Notes: generated by a model from the sequence alone, not told the origin. Shown: positions 19,508 through 30,205, counted from the first letter of the stretch. The stretch is 64,000 nucleotides of DNA from Methanobacteriota archaeon (GCA_020696385.1 JAEHCQ010000004.1:192997-256996); one strand, 5' to 3'. Translations and numbers: made by a program.

Positions 19508-21046
19508 TTAGTGCTGCTCCTTACCAGCATGCTTCTTTTTGTATTCTTTCGCCCGTTCCTTAAAGGCCTTGTCTTCGGGCATGATCATTTTTACCGCAGC
19601 CATTGCCCCCATTCCAATATCCATCGCTATTTTTGGGATCGGAATACCCTGTTTTGTTATTCCTTCAATGGACTTTCCTGGATTCATTATATCATGAGGA
19701 TCCAGAACTGTTTTGATATCGAACATGAGCTCGGCGGCTTCTCCTCTTATCTTTGGCAAATTGCCTGCAAATAATAATCCGAGACCAAGAGGACGACCCC
19801 CATGTTCGAAGCCGATATCTCCCAGCTTCTTCGGGAATGCCAGGCTCGTTGTGCCTTTGATGAGTTTCTTATCATCGAATATGAAATATGGTAGGAATGC
19901 GACTGTGTTTCTGTCCGTCACCATTCCAATAATGGACGCTTCCATTCCCATATTGTCAACAAGCTCATATGTGTCCCTGACCACATGGGGGAATTTATTG
20001 AGTGGGGCGACTATCTCACCAAGTGCCGCGCTCAGGCCGACCTCTCTTGGTCTGAACTCATAGGCTCTCTCATTCCATTCATGCTCTGCTATGGAATCAC
20101 TCATTTTTTTGCCCTCGAATTGGGCATTGAGATCATCCAGAACATCTTCCTCAACCTTCACGGATTCTACTGTTCCTTCAAGTGCGATGTTTATCAAAGC
20201 CCCCTTCCCGGGAGTGTGCTTACCCATCATGTCAAGGAATTGAACATGGATCTCATCGACAAAGGAAATGTTCAGTGGCCTGATCTTGCTTCTGGTCACG
20301 GCTCTGATAAATGGAAATGCCTTTGCCAGTGTGTCAAATTGGTAAGATGTTGGTCTTAGGATCTCAGGAGCTGGCTCGGCCATCAAAGTTACTTTGGTTA
20401 TTATCCCCAAGGTTCCCTCACTTCCAACGAAAAGCCCATTGAGATTGTATCCCGCACTGTGGTCAGAAACTCCACTGAAGCCAGTCTCTATAATTCGGCC
20501 ATCTGGCAGAACGACCTCCATGCTCCTTATATTGTGGCCTACTGATCCATATTTGTAACATCCTATGCCCACACCACCGGTATTGATCCATCCGCCCACT
20601 GTGGCCGCGTACATACTTGAAGGATAGGAAACTACGAACAATCCTCTTTTCAAGGCAATGTCATAGACTTTCTTCCAAACAGCTCCAGCTTCGACAACGA
20701 TCTCGAGGTTCTCCTGATCTACATTGATGACCCTGTCCATTGAAGAGATGTCAATTACTATTCCACCCTGGCTTGGTATCGCTCCTCCAAATCCCCAGGT
20801 CGCCGCTCCTCGTGGTATTACAGGAATGTCGTGTTTTATGGCCACTTTCACGATCTGGGACACTTCCTCCGCACTCTTTGGTCTGATAACAGCATCCGGC
20901 ATGGTATTGAATGCCAGACCTACCTCTTTTGGCAATGGTGCCAGATCATGACTGTACAGTATCTTTTCGGTCTCCGTGATCTTCACCCTATTTGGGCCAA
21001 CTATCTTTACAAGGCTCTCGAATATCTCAACATTGTCCCTTGTCAT
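19508..21046 (-). CDS. FAD-binding oxidoreductase, GlcD / D-lactate dehydrogenase family
   Basis: PDAVIRP, IPRGAAT, ATVGGWINTGG, VGSEGTLGIITK, LDPHDIMNPGK. Confidence 0.85.
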   Translation of the reverse strand: MTRDNVEIFESLVKIVGPNRVKITETEKILYSHDLAPLPKEVGLAFNTMPDAVIRPKSAEEVSQIVKVAIKHDIPVIPRGAATWGFGGAIPSQGGIVIDISSMDRVINVDQENLEIVVEAGAVWKKVYDIALKRGLFVVSYPSSMYAATVGGWINTGGVGIGCYKYGSVGHNIRSMEVVLPDGRIIETGFSGVSDHSAGYNLNGLFVGSEGTLGIITKVTLMAEPAPEILRPTSYQFDTLAKAFPFIRAVTRSKIRPLNISFVDEIHVQFLDMMGKHTPGKGALINIALEGTVESVKVEEDVLDDLNAQFEGKKMSDSIAEHEWNERAYEFRPREVGLSAALGEIVAPLNKFPHVVRDTYELVDNMGMEASIIGMVTDRNTVAFLPYFIFDDKKLIKGTTSLAFPKKLGDIGFEHGGRPLGLGLLFAGNLPKIRGEAAELMFDIKTVLDPHDIMNPGKSIEGITKQGIPIPKIAMDIGMGAMAAVKMIMPEDKAFKERAKEYKKKHAGKEQH

Positions 21047-21810
21047 GCTACAACCTCATTTGTAATTTCATTATCTTGTTTTTGTTCCACGGCCACGGTG
21101 GTTTCTTCGACCGCTTCAACTTCTTCTATTTCAACTGGCGGATCTTGATAAAGACGTCCAGTCAATTCCCTGTACCACAGATAATGGTATTTTCTAACAT
21201 ACCATTCCGGTAGTGTTCCAGTGACAAAATATGCTCTGAACTTGACCTTGTCTCTCTTTCTTAAGTGAAGGGAACCTCTGTAGAAAACGAACCATATCAG
21301 GAATATTCCCATGATGATATGGATCAAAAATCCATACTCATGCAGGAATGATATCTGCATTATTCCTGCCGTGATGCCCAGAACACCCACCTTGAAGATG
21401 AAAGCGATGTAAGAAAGTCTTTGATGGCCTTGATATTTCCCATGGCTTCCCATTTCTTCTCTTGGGGCCAGGAACATGAGGAAAAGGAAGGTGTGAATGA
21501 CACCCTTGATCTCTTTTGCAGGGTTCTTGGGTAGGATCTCAACTTCTTTACGCCCTATATTCAATATAACATGTAGAAGACCAACACCCAGAAGGCCAAT
21601 GGCAGAATACATGTGGATATCTATCATCCATGAGAAGTGCGGGATCTCATTCAGTATTCCGCCGTATATATCTAATTCATGGAACAGGAATTCCTTGAAC
21701 AATATACCTCCCGAAATGACAACTCCAGCAAGGAGAACTAACACTAGCCAGTTGATGGCGACCGCATCCTTCCCGAAGATCTTGATCTCCTCTTTTTTCT
21801 CTCTCATCAT
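21043..21810 (-). CDS. Cytochrome b-like membrane protein
   Basis: Four TM with IHMY, LHV, GKYQGHQRLSY, IHI and ..TGTLP..Y....H pattern resembling FdnI family; first heme-ligand His appears replaced (INW). Confidence 0.7.
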   Translation of the reverse strand: MMREKKEEIKIFGKDAVAINWLVLVLLAGVVISGGILFKEFLFHELDIYGGILNEIPHFSWMIDIHMYSAIGLLGVGLLHVILNIGRKEVEILPKNPAKEIKGVIHTFLFLMFLAPREEMGSHGKYQGHQRLSYIAFIFKVGVLGITAGIMQISFLHEYGFLIHIIMGIFLIWFVFYRGSLHLRKRDKVKFRAYFVTGTLPEWYVRKYHYLWYRELTGRLYQDPPVEIEEVEAVEETTVAVEQKQDNEITNEVVA

Positions 21811-21818
21811 CTACCTCT

Positions 21819-23168
21819 CTATGGCTCAGTGTGTATCATGGTCAGGTCTGAATGACATCCACATCCATCTGTTGTCTCATCATGGAATGGTGGTATGCCG
21901 ATGTGGCATCCATTACACCTGTCCCAATCCACGCTTATGGTGCCATGTTCTCCATGGCAGTTAATACAATCCTGGGCCAGGTGGTATCCCTCGCCCAGCT
22001 GCTCTATTTCGTCCGAATGGCATTCGGAACAGAATGAATTGTAGATCATGAATGATGTCTCAAATGGAATATTCTGTGGGTCGTGGGCACCAGTGACATG
22101 ACAGGTCATGCAATCATCATACGGTGCAGTTGCTTGATGTGGGATATTATCACTGTCATGGCAATCACTGCATTCTGGACTGTATTTGTGATCCGTGTGA
22201 CATTCTGGACATCCATCCTCCCATCCGTGGGCCGAATCCGAACTTATTAGTTTATCATAGGTCTCATAATGACAATCCGAGCAGAAGGATGAGTTTACCT
22301 TGAAGATCCCATGCTCTTGAACTATCTCATAAGGAACACGAGCATCTTCTGGATGCAGCCTATCATGGCAGAACATACAGTTATCCATGACCGTTCTGTG
22401 GCCGATAAACTCTGGCTGCGTGTGGCAATCTCCCATTCCACATGTTCTATCCCTGTGGAGGTCGATCTCCTCCGAGCTAAGGTCATGACAGGTTGGGCAT
22501 GCGAATCTTGTGAATCCGATACCATTCATCCTCTGGTCATGGCAATCTACACATGTTTCCTGCGATTCCAACTCGGAGAAATCATCGCCATTCTCAGTTA
22601 GTGGATGCCAGATCAATTGAGTTGGCCAGATGGTCGTGCCATCTTGATCTGTGATATGTGTCTCACCCCTGGGTACTGGAGCCAATATTTTCCAATCCAG
22701 ATCATCATGACAGCCTTTCAGACAATTCTCAGCAGGCACGAATCCATGAAGATTATCAGGATCATAATTATCCAATATCAAATAGACAAGATCCTTGGTC
22801 CCATCAATGGTAACGGCCTCTACCTGGCCAATAATTCCTTCTCCGGTATGACAATCAACACATAGAACTTCTTTCTCCAGATGAGATATCATGATCGAAT
22901 TGTTCTGAGGGTTCAGGTAACTATCATAGTATGGAACCATTGGATGACAGGTAAGTCCGCAAAATTCTGGCTCTTTGTGATAATCAATGAGTATCCACGA
23001 GCCCAATATTATAGCACCCAGTATTATTAGAAGAGAGAAGACATAAGCGATTCCCTTGATATTGATCTTATTACCCCGAAATCTTTTCAGCATATACATT
23101 ATGGCGAATGACCATGCTCCAGTTATCACGAAGAACAGTATGAATCCGATCAAGACTTCCTTCAGCAC
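21819..23168 (-). CDS. Membrane-anchored multiheme cytochrome c with NapC/NirT-like N-terminus (about 15 hemes)
   Basis: Two N-terminal TM, PEFCGLTCHPM; 11 CxxCH plus CGLTCH, CLKGCH, CGMGDCH and CGCH. Confidence 0.88.
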   Translation of the reverse strand: MLKEVLIGFILFFVITGAWSFAIMYMLKRFRGNKINIKGIAYVFSLLIILGAIILGSWILIDYHKEPEFCGLTCHPMVPYYDSYLNPQNNSIMISHLEKEVLCVDCHTGEGIIGQVEAVTIDGTKDLVYLILDNYDPDNLHGFVPAENCLKGCHDDLDWKILAPVPRGETHITDQDGTTIWPTQLIWHPLTENGDDFSELESQETCVDCHDQRMNGIGFTRFACPTCHDLSSEEIDLHRDRTCGMGDCHTQPEFIGHRTVMDNCMFCHDRLHPEDARVPYEIVQEHGIFKVNSSFCSDCHYETYDKLISSDSAHGWEDGCPECHTDHKYSPECSDCHDSDNIPHQATAPYDDCMTCHVTGAHDPQNIPFETSFMIYNSFCSECHSDEIEQLGEGYHLAQDCINCHGEHGTISVDWDRCNGCHIGIPPFHDETTDGCGCHSDLTMIHTEP

Positions 23169-23539
23169 TTATCTCACCTATCTCTCACTTGCCAAGTAGG
23201 CATTCGAGGTCATACTTTAACAATATATATGGTTTATGTATAGTTTTACCATAATAATTTGCTAATCTTGCTCATATTCTTATGGTTTGCTTAGTGCGGA
23301 CATCAAAGCGCAGAGTCATAATCACAAAAAAGGCTTGCCAATCTTTATCCACACCCAGTACAACGAATACAATGAGCGAGCAGACCTGGCGAGTTTTTCT
23401 TGTTCACCCCTCTTTTTCTTTTTTAGATGCGCGGTTTTGCGCATCTATTTTATCAAACACATAGAATGGGTTTGATTCAGGAGCCAGGCCAGTACAGCGA
23501 GGTGTAAAAAGAAAAAAATTGGGAAGAAAAGGCTTACTG

Positions 23540-23700
23540 AATTTGTACCACGCCCCAATGTCGCAACCTTTGGTTTGCGGATAAGGGGCGATATATCAAG
23601 ATTATGACAATGGTACAAATTATGTAAGGGCTCAATCTTCTTGCTGTTAAATCAAAAAACAGCAAGAAATGTCCCACCCTTTAGGGTTGGGAGCCCTCAC
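23540..23700 (+). mobile_element. Structured palindromic element, possible IS200/IS605-family end remnant (MITE/PATE-like)
   Basis: Nested inverted repeats ending in GAAATGTCCCACCCTTTAGGGTTGGGAGCCCTCAC, resembling the hairpin+TCAC right end of tnpB elements; no transposase nearby. Confidence 0.45.
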
Positions 23701-23753
23701 TTGGGAATAATTTTATATCCCAACCCTGGATTGACCACTCTGGAGCCTGATCG

Positions 23754-25457
23754 ATGAACTCGCCATCCATTACCAAAAATAGAACCATTCTGACCATCGT
23801 TACAGTCTCACTTCTATTTTCATTATTATTTCCCATGGTTACCTCCGCACAGGATTATGCTTGTCCTGTTGCCGAGCCAGGTTTGGGTATGATATCTTAC
23901 CACGAGCTCATGTTCTTCCAGGGTGATGATCCCAATACGCAAGAGCTGGAGCCAGTTTCTCTTATAAAGGTAAATGACAAGACAAGGTGGATAGTTCCAT
24001 GGAATGCGACCTATGTTTATGTCTCAATTCCAGAAGGCTCGTCCAATGTGGATATCACAAATATCGAATATGATGGCATGGCGTTTGTTCCTGGTAGATA
24101 TAACCTTCCTGATGGCACCATGCCTCCACAATATTCCCTGGTCACTGAAGGAGGCTCAGCTGGCTCCTACAAATGGTATCTTTCGGATGAAGCATCTCGC
24201 CACACCACGGTTGCAGCGCTCTACAATTCTTCAGGACTCACTGAGATATCGGATAATGGAACTGGAATGACAAATATTGATGAATGGGACTTCTCTCAGG
24301 ATTCGATGAAGTTGGCTGGTGGTATCTCTTCAGCCAACTACACTTCTAAGGTGGAGCATCTCGGTCACGATATCGTCTCCGTTAATGTAAGCCTGAACAC
24401 GACATCCAACCAGGACAATATCACTTTTCTCATATCAGAGAATGATGGTGAAAACTGGACCGAGGTGGAGCTTGGAACCCGATTAGATCTACCTGCAATA
24501 GCCAGTGATATGAGGTTCATGATCCAGATGTCCCAGGATATCGGCCTGAACAATACTCCGGAGATCAATGACTTTTCGATGGTCATTGAATATGTTCCGG
24601 ATAATATCGACCTCTGGCTGGAAACAAAATATGATATTGATGTTCCGGCAGATGGCATTGAATTCTCCATACATCTCACTTACGATATGCCAGATATGCC
24701 CATCTATTATGTCGGATACTTTGATGAGGACATTCAATTTGGATTCAGTGGCTTTGAAGCCACTCAAACGACCTTCGAATCCCTGCCTGGCAAGGTGGTT
24801 TACATGACCATGGGAGAGGAACATGGTGATCATCTATCCTTTTCCGTTCGAATGCCCGCCTCTGGTGAGCTATCCATGTCAGCCTCGGTGATCATAGTTA
24901 TTCTATTCGTGGTATTGACAATGGGTATTGTGGGCTTCTACCTGCGTAAATATACATCATCTGGCAGCCAGGATAAGATCGAGAAGGATGATAAGTCTTC
25001 AATAAGCGAGGATGATGATGAGGCATCTGGATCTTCAGCAAAGGATATCACTGAAGAAAAGCCAGATATCACGGACATCATCCGCAGGAAAAAGATCCTG
25101 GAGCAAACCATCGCCAGGCTGGACAATGAGGTCAGCTCCGGCTTGATCGGAACCAGTGCGGCAGAACGCATGAAAGCATCTTATCATGAAGAACTGGATG
25201 AGATAAACAGCCAGTTGGAAGAAAATGATGATGACGATGCTTCATCTGCTGATAAATCTGCTGATAATATTCCTGAAGCCGTATCTGCTGAGCTTGAGGA
25301 TCTCTCATCCCAGAAATCCGAGGCCATAAATAAACTGAAAGACCTGGATCAGAGGCTGGAGAATGGAGAGGTATCGGATGAAGAGCATGCGATCCTGAAG
25401 GCCAGTTACAAGAAGCAGGCCATTGATATCATGAAGAAAATGGATTCAATTGAATAA
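23754..25457 (+). CDS. Hypothetical single-pass surface protein with duplicated CcmI-like cytoplasmic helical motif
   Basis: Signal peptide, beta-rich ectodomain, TM, then LKDLDQRLENGEVSDEEHAILKASYKKQA-type motif twice; paralog of 42362..43834; precedes ccmF. Confidence 0.7.
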   Translation: MNSPSITKNRTILTIVTVSLLFSLLFPMVTSAQDYACPVAEPGLGMISYHELMFFQGDDPNTQELEPVSLIKVNDKTRWIVPWNATYVYVSIPEGSSNVDITNIEYDGMAFVPGRYNLPDGTMPPQYSLVTEGGSAGSYKWYLSDEASRHTTVAALYNSSGLTEISDNGTGMTNIDEWDFSQDSMKLAGGISSANYTSKVEHLGHDIVSVNVSLNTTSNQDNITFLISENDGENWTEVELGTRLDLPAIASDMRFMIQMSQDIGLNNTPEINDFSMVIEYVPDNIDLWLETKYDIDVPADGIEFSIHLTYDMPDMPIYYVGYFDEDIQFGFSGFEATQTTFESLPGKVVYMTMGEEHGDHLSFSVRMPASGELSMSASVIIVILFVVLTMGIVGFYLRKYTSSGSQDKIEKDDKSSISEDDDEASGSSAKDITEEKPDITDIIRRKKILEQTIARLDNEVSSGLIGTSAAERMKASYHEELDEINSQLEENDDDDASSADKSADNIPEAVSAELEDLSSQKSEAINKLKDLDQRLENGEVSDEEHAILKASYKKQAIDIMKKMDSIE

Positions 25458-25563
25458 TTGGATAAATTGTTTATAAATAATTTGATCAGATTATGGACGA
25501 ATACACCCATAATCTGATTTTTCATGTGAAAATTATATATATTCGGCCAAACTGCCCATATCA

Positions 25564-27672
25564 ATGGAATTCGGTAATGCCTTGGTGAACATCAGTCTTG
25601 TTCTTTCTATTATTGGTATAATTCTATCAATACTCAGAATAAAGACCAAGCAGGACAATCTCGAGCAATATGCCCGGATGGTGTCATTATTCCTTTTTAT
25701 CACCATATCCGCCACCCTGCTTTATCTGTATATCCTATTCATCACTTCAGACCTTTCCGTATTGTATGTATGGACCTACACAGATAGTTCATATTCACTC
25801 GTCTACAAGCTCTCTGGTGTTCTGGCAGGTATGGACGGCTCACTCCTGTTCTGGATATGGCTGGTCATCCTCCCATGGTTCTATGAGGAGATGAAAGCCA
25901 TAAAAAAGCCAAAGGATACCGATCTTATGGATTGGACAAGGGTATTTCTCTTTGGTGTTCTGGCAGTTCTTTTATTGATCCTGTCCGCCCACGAGATATT
26001 CTCCCTTACGCCACCGGAATACCTGAGCTTCAGACCCGATGGAAATGGTCTGAATCCGATCCTTCAGACCTTCCTCATGGCCATTCATCCGCCAATTGTC
26101 TTCGTTGCCTATGGCTTTTTCGCCATGCCCTTTGCAGCTGGTCTGGCCTTCCTCGTTACAGGCAATACTAAATGGACCGACCTTTGCATAAACTGGAGCA
26201 GAATAGGCTGGTTCTTCCTGACACTGGGAATTGGCATTGGGGCCTTATGGGCGTATGTCGTTCTTGGCTGGGGGGGCTATTGGGGATGGGATCCGGTCGA
26301 AACATCTTCGTTATTGCCATGGATAATGCTCACTGGCTTCTTGCACGTGCAGTTGATGTACAGGCGTAAAAAAGACTATCCGATATTGGCTCCAGTTCTC
26401 GGAGTTTTCAGCTTCATACTGGTGATATTCGCCACCTTCGCCACCAGGGCTGGTGGCCTATGGGTGTCTGTTCATACCTTTGGACAGGCTGATGTCAGTA
26501 TCGATGCTTTTACAAGGTTCAAGAATATCATGGCAGAAAGTGATACCGTACCCTATTATTTCGCCATGATGGTCGGTATGCTGATCTTGGTCGCGATACT
26601 GGTGATCTACAGGCAGAGAAAGATGAAGCCCAGCCAACCTGAAGAAGAGAAGTCTTACAGTTTATCCGAATTGATAAATGATGATATCCTAATGTTGGGA
26701 ACATCCTTCTTGCTTATTCTTTTAACAGCAGTCACAATGCTCATCCTTGTCAGGGGCATAAATGGCCTGGCTCCTGAGAATTTTGATGGCCCTGTGGGTA
26801 TTTTGACATTGGTCCTGATACTCATCATGGTCCTCTGTGTCAGTTGGAGGGTACTTGGAAAGAAACTCATCACCCAGCTTTTACTTGCAACGATCATGAT
26901 ATCTGCCATTGTCATGGCCATCTATCCCGATAACCTGATCGCGGCTGGAGCCTTCCCGATCCTAATCACGGCTCTCGTGGTGATATCTTATTCAATTATC
27001 AAGAAATTCAACCCAAAGAATCCATGGCGATCGATGAAATCGATCTCCGCTCACCTCATTCATCTGGCAGTGATCCTTCTTGTGATCGGTTATGTGGGCA
27101 GTAGCTTCATGGACTCTGAGCAAAGTGTGACGATCCATATCGGAGAAGAAGTGGAAGCCATGGGATACTCCTTCGAGGTGGTAGGAACCGAGCCAGCAGA
27201 TGATTACATATATGTGAACATGAACATCTACAAGGATGGTAATTTCATTGGTAAAGCGAGGCCTGGAATATCCATAATAGATGATACCAGTAGATCCGAA
27301 ATATATGTGGAGGACACCTTGCTGGAAGATATCTATCTCATCTATGATTTCAATGCAGATTCGTACGAACATGGAGCTGTAGATATCGTGGTGAAGATAC
27401 TGCCTCTGATGAAATTCCTGTGGGGTGGAATGTGGCTGATGTCCATTGGCATCATATTGCGTGTCACATTGGAGATATTCTTGCCAGGAAAGCGGAAAAC
27501 ATCAGGCGAAAGATCCGACAAGGATGATGAGGTTGATGAAGAGTCAGATGATCGACTCTATGATAAGGAACCAACCGAGACCAAGGATGAAGCCGGGTCA
27601 TCTGATATCAAAGACGATGATTACTACGAGGCCATGCTGGAGGCCGAGTTGGATGGAACAGACCGTGAATGA
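25564..27672 (+). CDS. ccmF: Cytochrome c heme lyase CcmF
   Basis: GSLLFW, GLNPILQ...HPP, WAYVVLGWGGYWGWDPVE, SVHTF, HLIH. Confidence 0.95.
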   Translation: MEFGNALVNISLVLSIIGIILSILRIKTKQDNLEQYARMVSLFLFITISATLLYLYILFITSDLSVLYVWTYTDSSYSLVYKLSGVLAGMDGSLLFWIWLVILPWFYEEMKAIKKPKDTDLMDWTRVFLFGVLAVLLLILSAHEIFSLTPPEYLSFRPDGNGLNPILQTFLMAIHPPIVFVAYGFFAMPFAAGLAFLVTGNTKWTDLCINWSRIGWFFLTLGIGIGALWAYVVLGWGGYWGWDPVETSSLLPWIMLTGFLHVQLMYRRKKDYPILAPVLGVFSFILVIFATFATRAGGLWVSVHTFGQADVSIDAFTRFKNIMAESDTVPYYFAMMVGMLILVAILVIYRQRKMKPSQPEEEKSYSLSELINDDILMLGTSFLLILLTAVTMLILVRGINGLAPENFDGPVGILTLVLILIMVLCVSWRVLGKKLITQLLLATIMISAIVMAIYPDNLIAAGAFPILITALVVISYSIIKKFNPKNPWRSMKSISAHLIHLAVILLVIGYVGSSFMDSEQSVTIHIGEEVEAMGYSFEVVGTEPADDYIYVNMNIYKDGNFIGKARPGISIIDDTSRSEIYVEDTLLEDIYLIYDFNADSYEHGAVDIVVKILPLMKFLWGGMWLMSIGIILRVTLEIFLPGKRKTSGERSDKDDEVDEESDDRLYDKEPTETKDEAGSSDIKDDDYYEAMLEAELDGTDRE

Positions 27673-27727
27673 TCTATCGATTTCTTAACCCTCTCTGAAC
27701 TCTCTGAAATATGAATGATCCAGCTAT

Positions 27728-27768
27728 ATCTATTCTATCATATTCTATCTATTCTATCTATTCTATGA
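27728..27768. repeat. Short tandem repeat (TATTCTATC) x ~4
   Basis: tattctatc-a-tattctatc-tattctatc-tattctatg. Confidence 0.7.
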
Positions 27769-27896
27769 TATATCATACATATGATCATAATTCCATGATC
27801 AATAACAATATCTATTCTAATCGATATTCCTTAATATAAGATTGATAATGTGGGCTGATAGTGATCAAATAATCATCCGGCATATGAGTTGATACT

Positions 27897-29195
27897 ATGG
27901 GAAAGGATAAAAAACCCGAGACAAAGAAACCCAAATCAAAGGTACCCGATCTGGTCAAGAACAAGGCACCTTATCTTGATGACCTGACCGCCTGCATGCA
28001 GTGTGGTTACTGTCAATCTGTTTGCCCGGTCTATGAAGAGGGTAAGTGGGAATCCCTTTCACCCAGAGGCAAATTATTCCTGATGAAGGACCTCACAAGC
28101 AAGAACAGTGCACTTCAGAGATTATTTGGAAAGAAGATCACTAACAAGATCACTGGCTCTGTTGAAATAGATCATGAAGAGTTCATGAATGCCATTTATA
28201 GATGCACACTCTGTAGTCGATGTGAAACAGTCTGTCATGTTGAAATCGAATTCCACGAATACTGGGATCACCTCCGTGAATGGATGGTGAAGAATGGAAT
28301 CAAGCCTCCGGAAAACACTATCAACATGTACAATGACATTGCCAATACTGATTTTAATAATCCCTTCAAAGAGACAAAGGACAAGAGGGATGAGTGGTAC
28401 AGGGATGATTATCCTGACCTGCCAGCTACTGCGGAAGTGGTATACTATATTGGATGTATGACCTCATTTTACGAGTATCAGGTTCTGCTGAACACCATGA
28501 AGATCTTCACGAAGGCCGGAGTGAACTTCACCACCCTTGGACAGGAAGAGGTTTGCTGTAGTGCGATAAATGTCATGACTGGCCAGACCGAAAATTTCAA
28601 GGATATTGCCAAGCGCAATGTCGACGCTATCAAGAAGAGAGGGGCAAAGAGAGTTGTGACTGGATGTCCAGGATGCTTCCGCGCCCTCAGAAAATATAAG
28701 AAATTCGTTGATTATGATTTCGAGATCATTCACACGATCGATCTGTTACACGAGGTCGTCACCCAGGGCAAACTGGAGTGGAAGAAGGATTTCAAATCAA
28801 AGCAATTGCCAGTCATCTACCACGACCCTTGCGAACTGGGTCGGATACTGGAGTTCGAGGACAAACCCCGATACGATCAGCCAAGAGAGATATTATTGGC
28901 TGTTCCAGGTATCGACGAGGTTCTGGAGTTCCCCACCAATAAGCTGGATAGCGCGTGCTGTGGTGGAGGCGGGGGTCTTAAAGCCACAGATTATGACCTG
29001 AGCTCCCAGATAGCTCTGAAGAAGGTGGAGGCCGCCATCGAGATCGGAGCCAAGACCATTGTGTCCACATGCCCCAACTGTAAGAATCAGATAGGGATTG
29101 CGGTTGAATTGAAGAAGGCCGAGCTGAAGAAGCAGGGCGAGAAGTTCAAGATGAACGTGATGGATGTTACTGACGTAGTTTCCAAATCCATTTGA
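27897..29195 (+). CDS. HdrD/GlcF-like Fe-S oxidoreductase (2x4Fe-4S plus two CCG domains)
   Basis: CMQCGYCQSVCP, CTLCSRCETVCH, YYIGC/VCCS/CPGC, YHDPC/ACCGGGG/CPNC. Confidence 0.88.
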   Translation: MGKDKKPETKKPKSKVPDLVKNKAPYLDDLTACMQCGYCQSVCPVYEEGKWESLSPRGKLFLMKDLTSKNSALQRLFGKKITNKITGSVEIDHEEFMNAIYRCTLCSRCETVCHVEIEFHEYWDHLREWMVKNGIKPPENTINMYNDIANTDFNNPFKETKDKRDEWYRDDYPDLPATAEVVYYIGCMTSFYEYQVLLNTMKIFTKAGVNFTTLGQEEVCCSAINVMTGQTENFKDIAKRNVDAIKKRGAKRVVTGCPGCFRALRKYKKFVDYDFEIIHTIDLLHEVVTQGKLEWKKDFKSKQLPVIYHDPCELGRILEFEDKPRYDQPREILLAVPGIDEVLEFPTNKLDSACCGGGGGLKATDYDLSSQIALKKVEAAIEIGAKTIVSTCPNCKNQIGIAVELKKAELKKQGEKFKMNVMDVTDVVSKSI

Positions 29196-30205
29196 TCGGT
29201 GGTCCGATAATGGTTAAACTGTTCCGCCTTGGAGATATTTTTTGGGAAGATACTCAATTGATATACCATGCACTGGCTAATCTCAATATCGAGGCACTGG
29301 TCCTTGATTCTCCAAAAGAGGAGTATGTTTGCCTTGGCTTTCATCAGAACCCGGATGATGAGCTGGATCTGGAGTATTGTAAGCAGAATGATATTGGAAT
29401 ATTCCGAAGGGAGATCGGCGGTGGCTCGGTCTGGCTGGACAATCGCCAAGTATTCTACAATATCATATTGAGAAAGGATAACCCGATTGTACCAAGGCTG
29501 ACACAGAACTATTTCTCCAAATTCCTCCAGCCAGTTGTTTCCGTATGCAGGAATCTGGGCATGGAAGCTGAGTTCATGCCCATCTGCGATATTCTGGCCA
29601 GTGGCAGGAAGTTCTCCGGGAATGGAGGAGGGGAAATCGGCGAATGCAAGGTGATCGCCGGCGGTCTTCTTCTGGATTTTGAATTTGATAAGATGGTCAA
29701 TATCATGAACCTCAATTCCTCAATGAAGAGTCATTTCAGGGAGAGCATGGATAATAATCTGACAACTATACGGAATGAGATCGGCCAGATCCCACCAAAA
29801 GATGAGATATTTGATGGTCTCATCAGGGAATTCGAGGATATTCTGGGCCCCTTCGAAATATCGTCCATCACCCCGGAGATCCGTGCGGAGATGGATCGTT
29901 TGAGATCCCATTACTTTTCAGATAAATGGATGCTCCAGAGAGGGGTGAACAATCTTGGCAGGGAGATCAAGGTCAGGGAAGGATATTACATCCTGGGTGT
30001 GGATGTGAACTTCAAGGGCGATGATCACCATCTTGCCATATTCTCGGAAGATGGCCAGGTCAGTGAATTGAAGATAACTGGCGATGAAGTTCCGGCTCGA
30101 ATTGATGATCAAATAGAACTAGAAAATAGATTGTCCAATATTATCAAAATGGACTATGATCAAAGAAAAATAATAAATGCGATTAATGACATGATATACC
30201 TGTAA
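29192..30205 (+). CDS. Lipoate-protein ligase family protein
   Basis: RREIGGGSVWLD, DILASGRKFSGNGG; ATG at 29210 is a likely start. Confidence 0.85.
   Translation: MIGGPIMVKLFRLGDIFWEDTQLIYHALANLNIEALVLDSPKEEYVCLGFHQNPDDELDLEYCKQNDIGIFRREIGGGSVWLDNRQVFYNIILRKDNPIVPRLTQNYFSKFLQPVVSVCRNLGMEAEFMPICDILASGRKFSGNGGGEIGECKVIAGGLLLDFEFDKMVNIMNLNSSMKSHFRESMDNNLTTIRNEIGQIPPKDEIFDGLIREFEDILGPFEISSITPEIRAEMDRLRSHYFSDKWMLQRGVNNLGREIKVREGYYILGVDVNFKGDDHHLAIFSEDGQVSELKITGDEVPARIDDQIELENRLSNIIKMDYDQRKIINAINDMIYL

Noticed and set aside
23282-23475. Two ~60-aa ORFs in the intergenic region
   Set aside because: They overlap each other, lack an SD, are low complexity and coincide with the hairpin-rich element.
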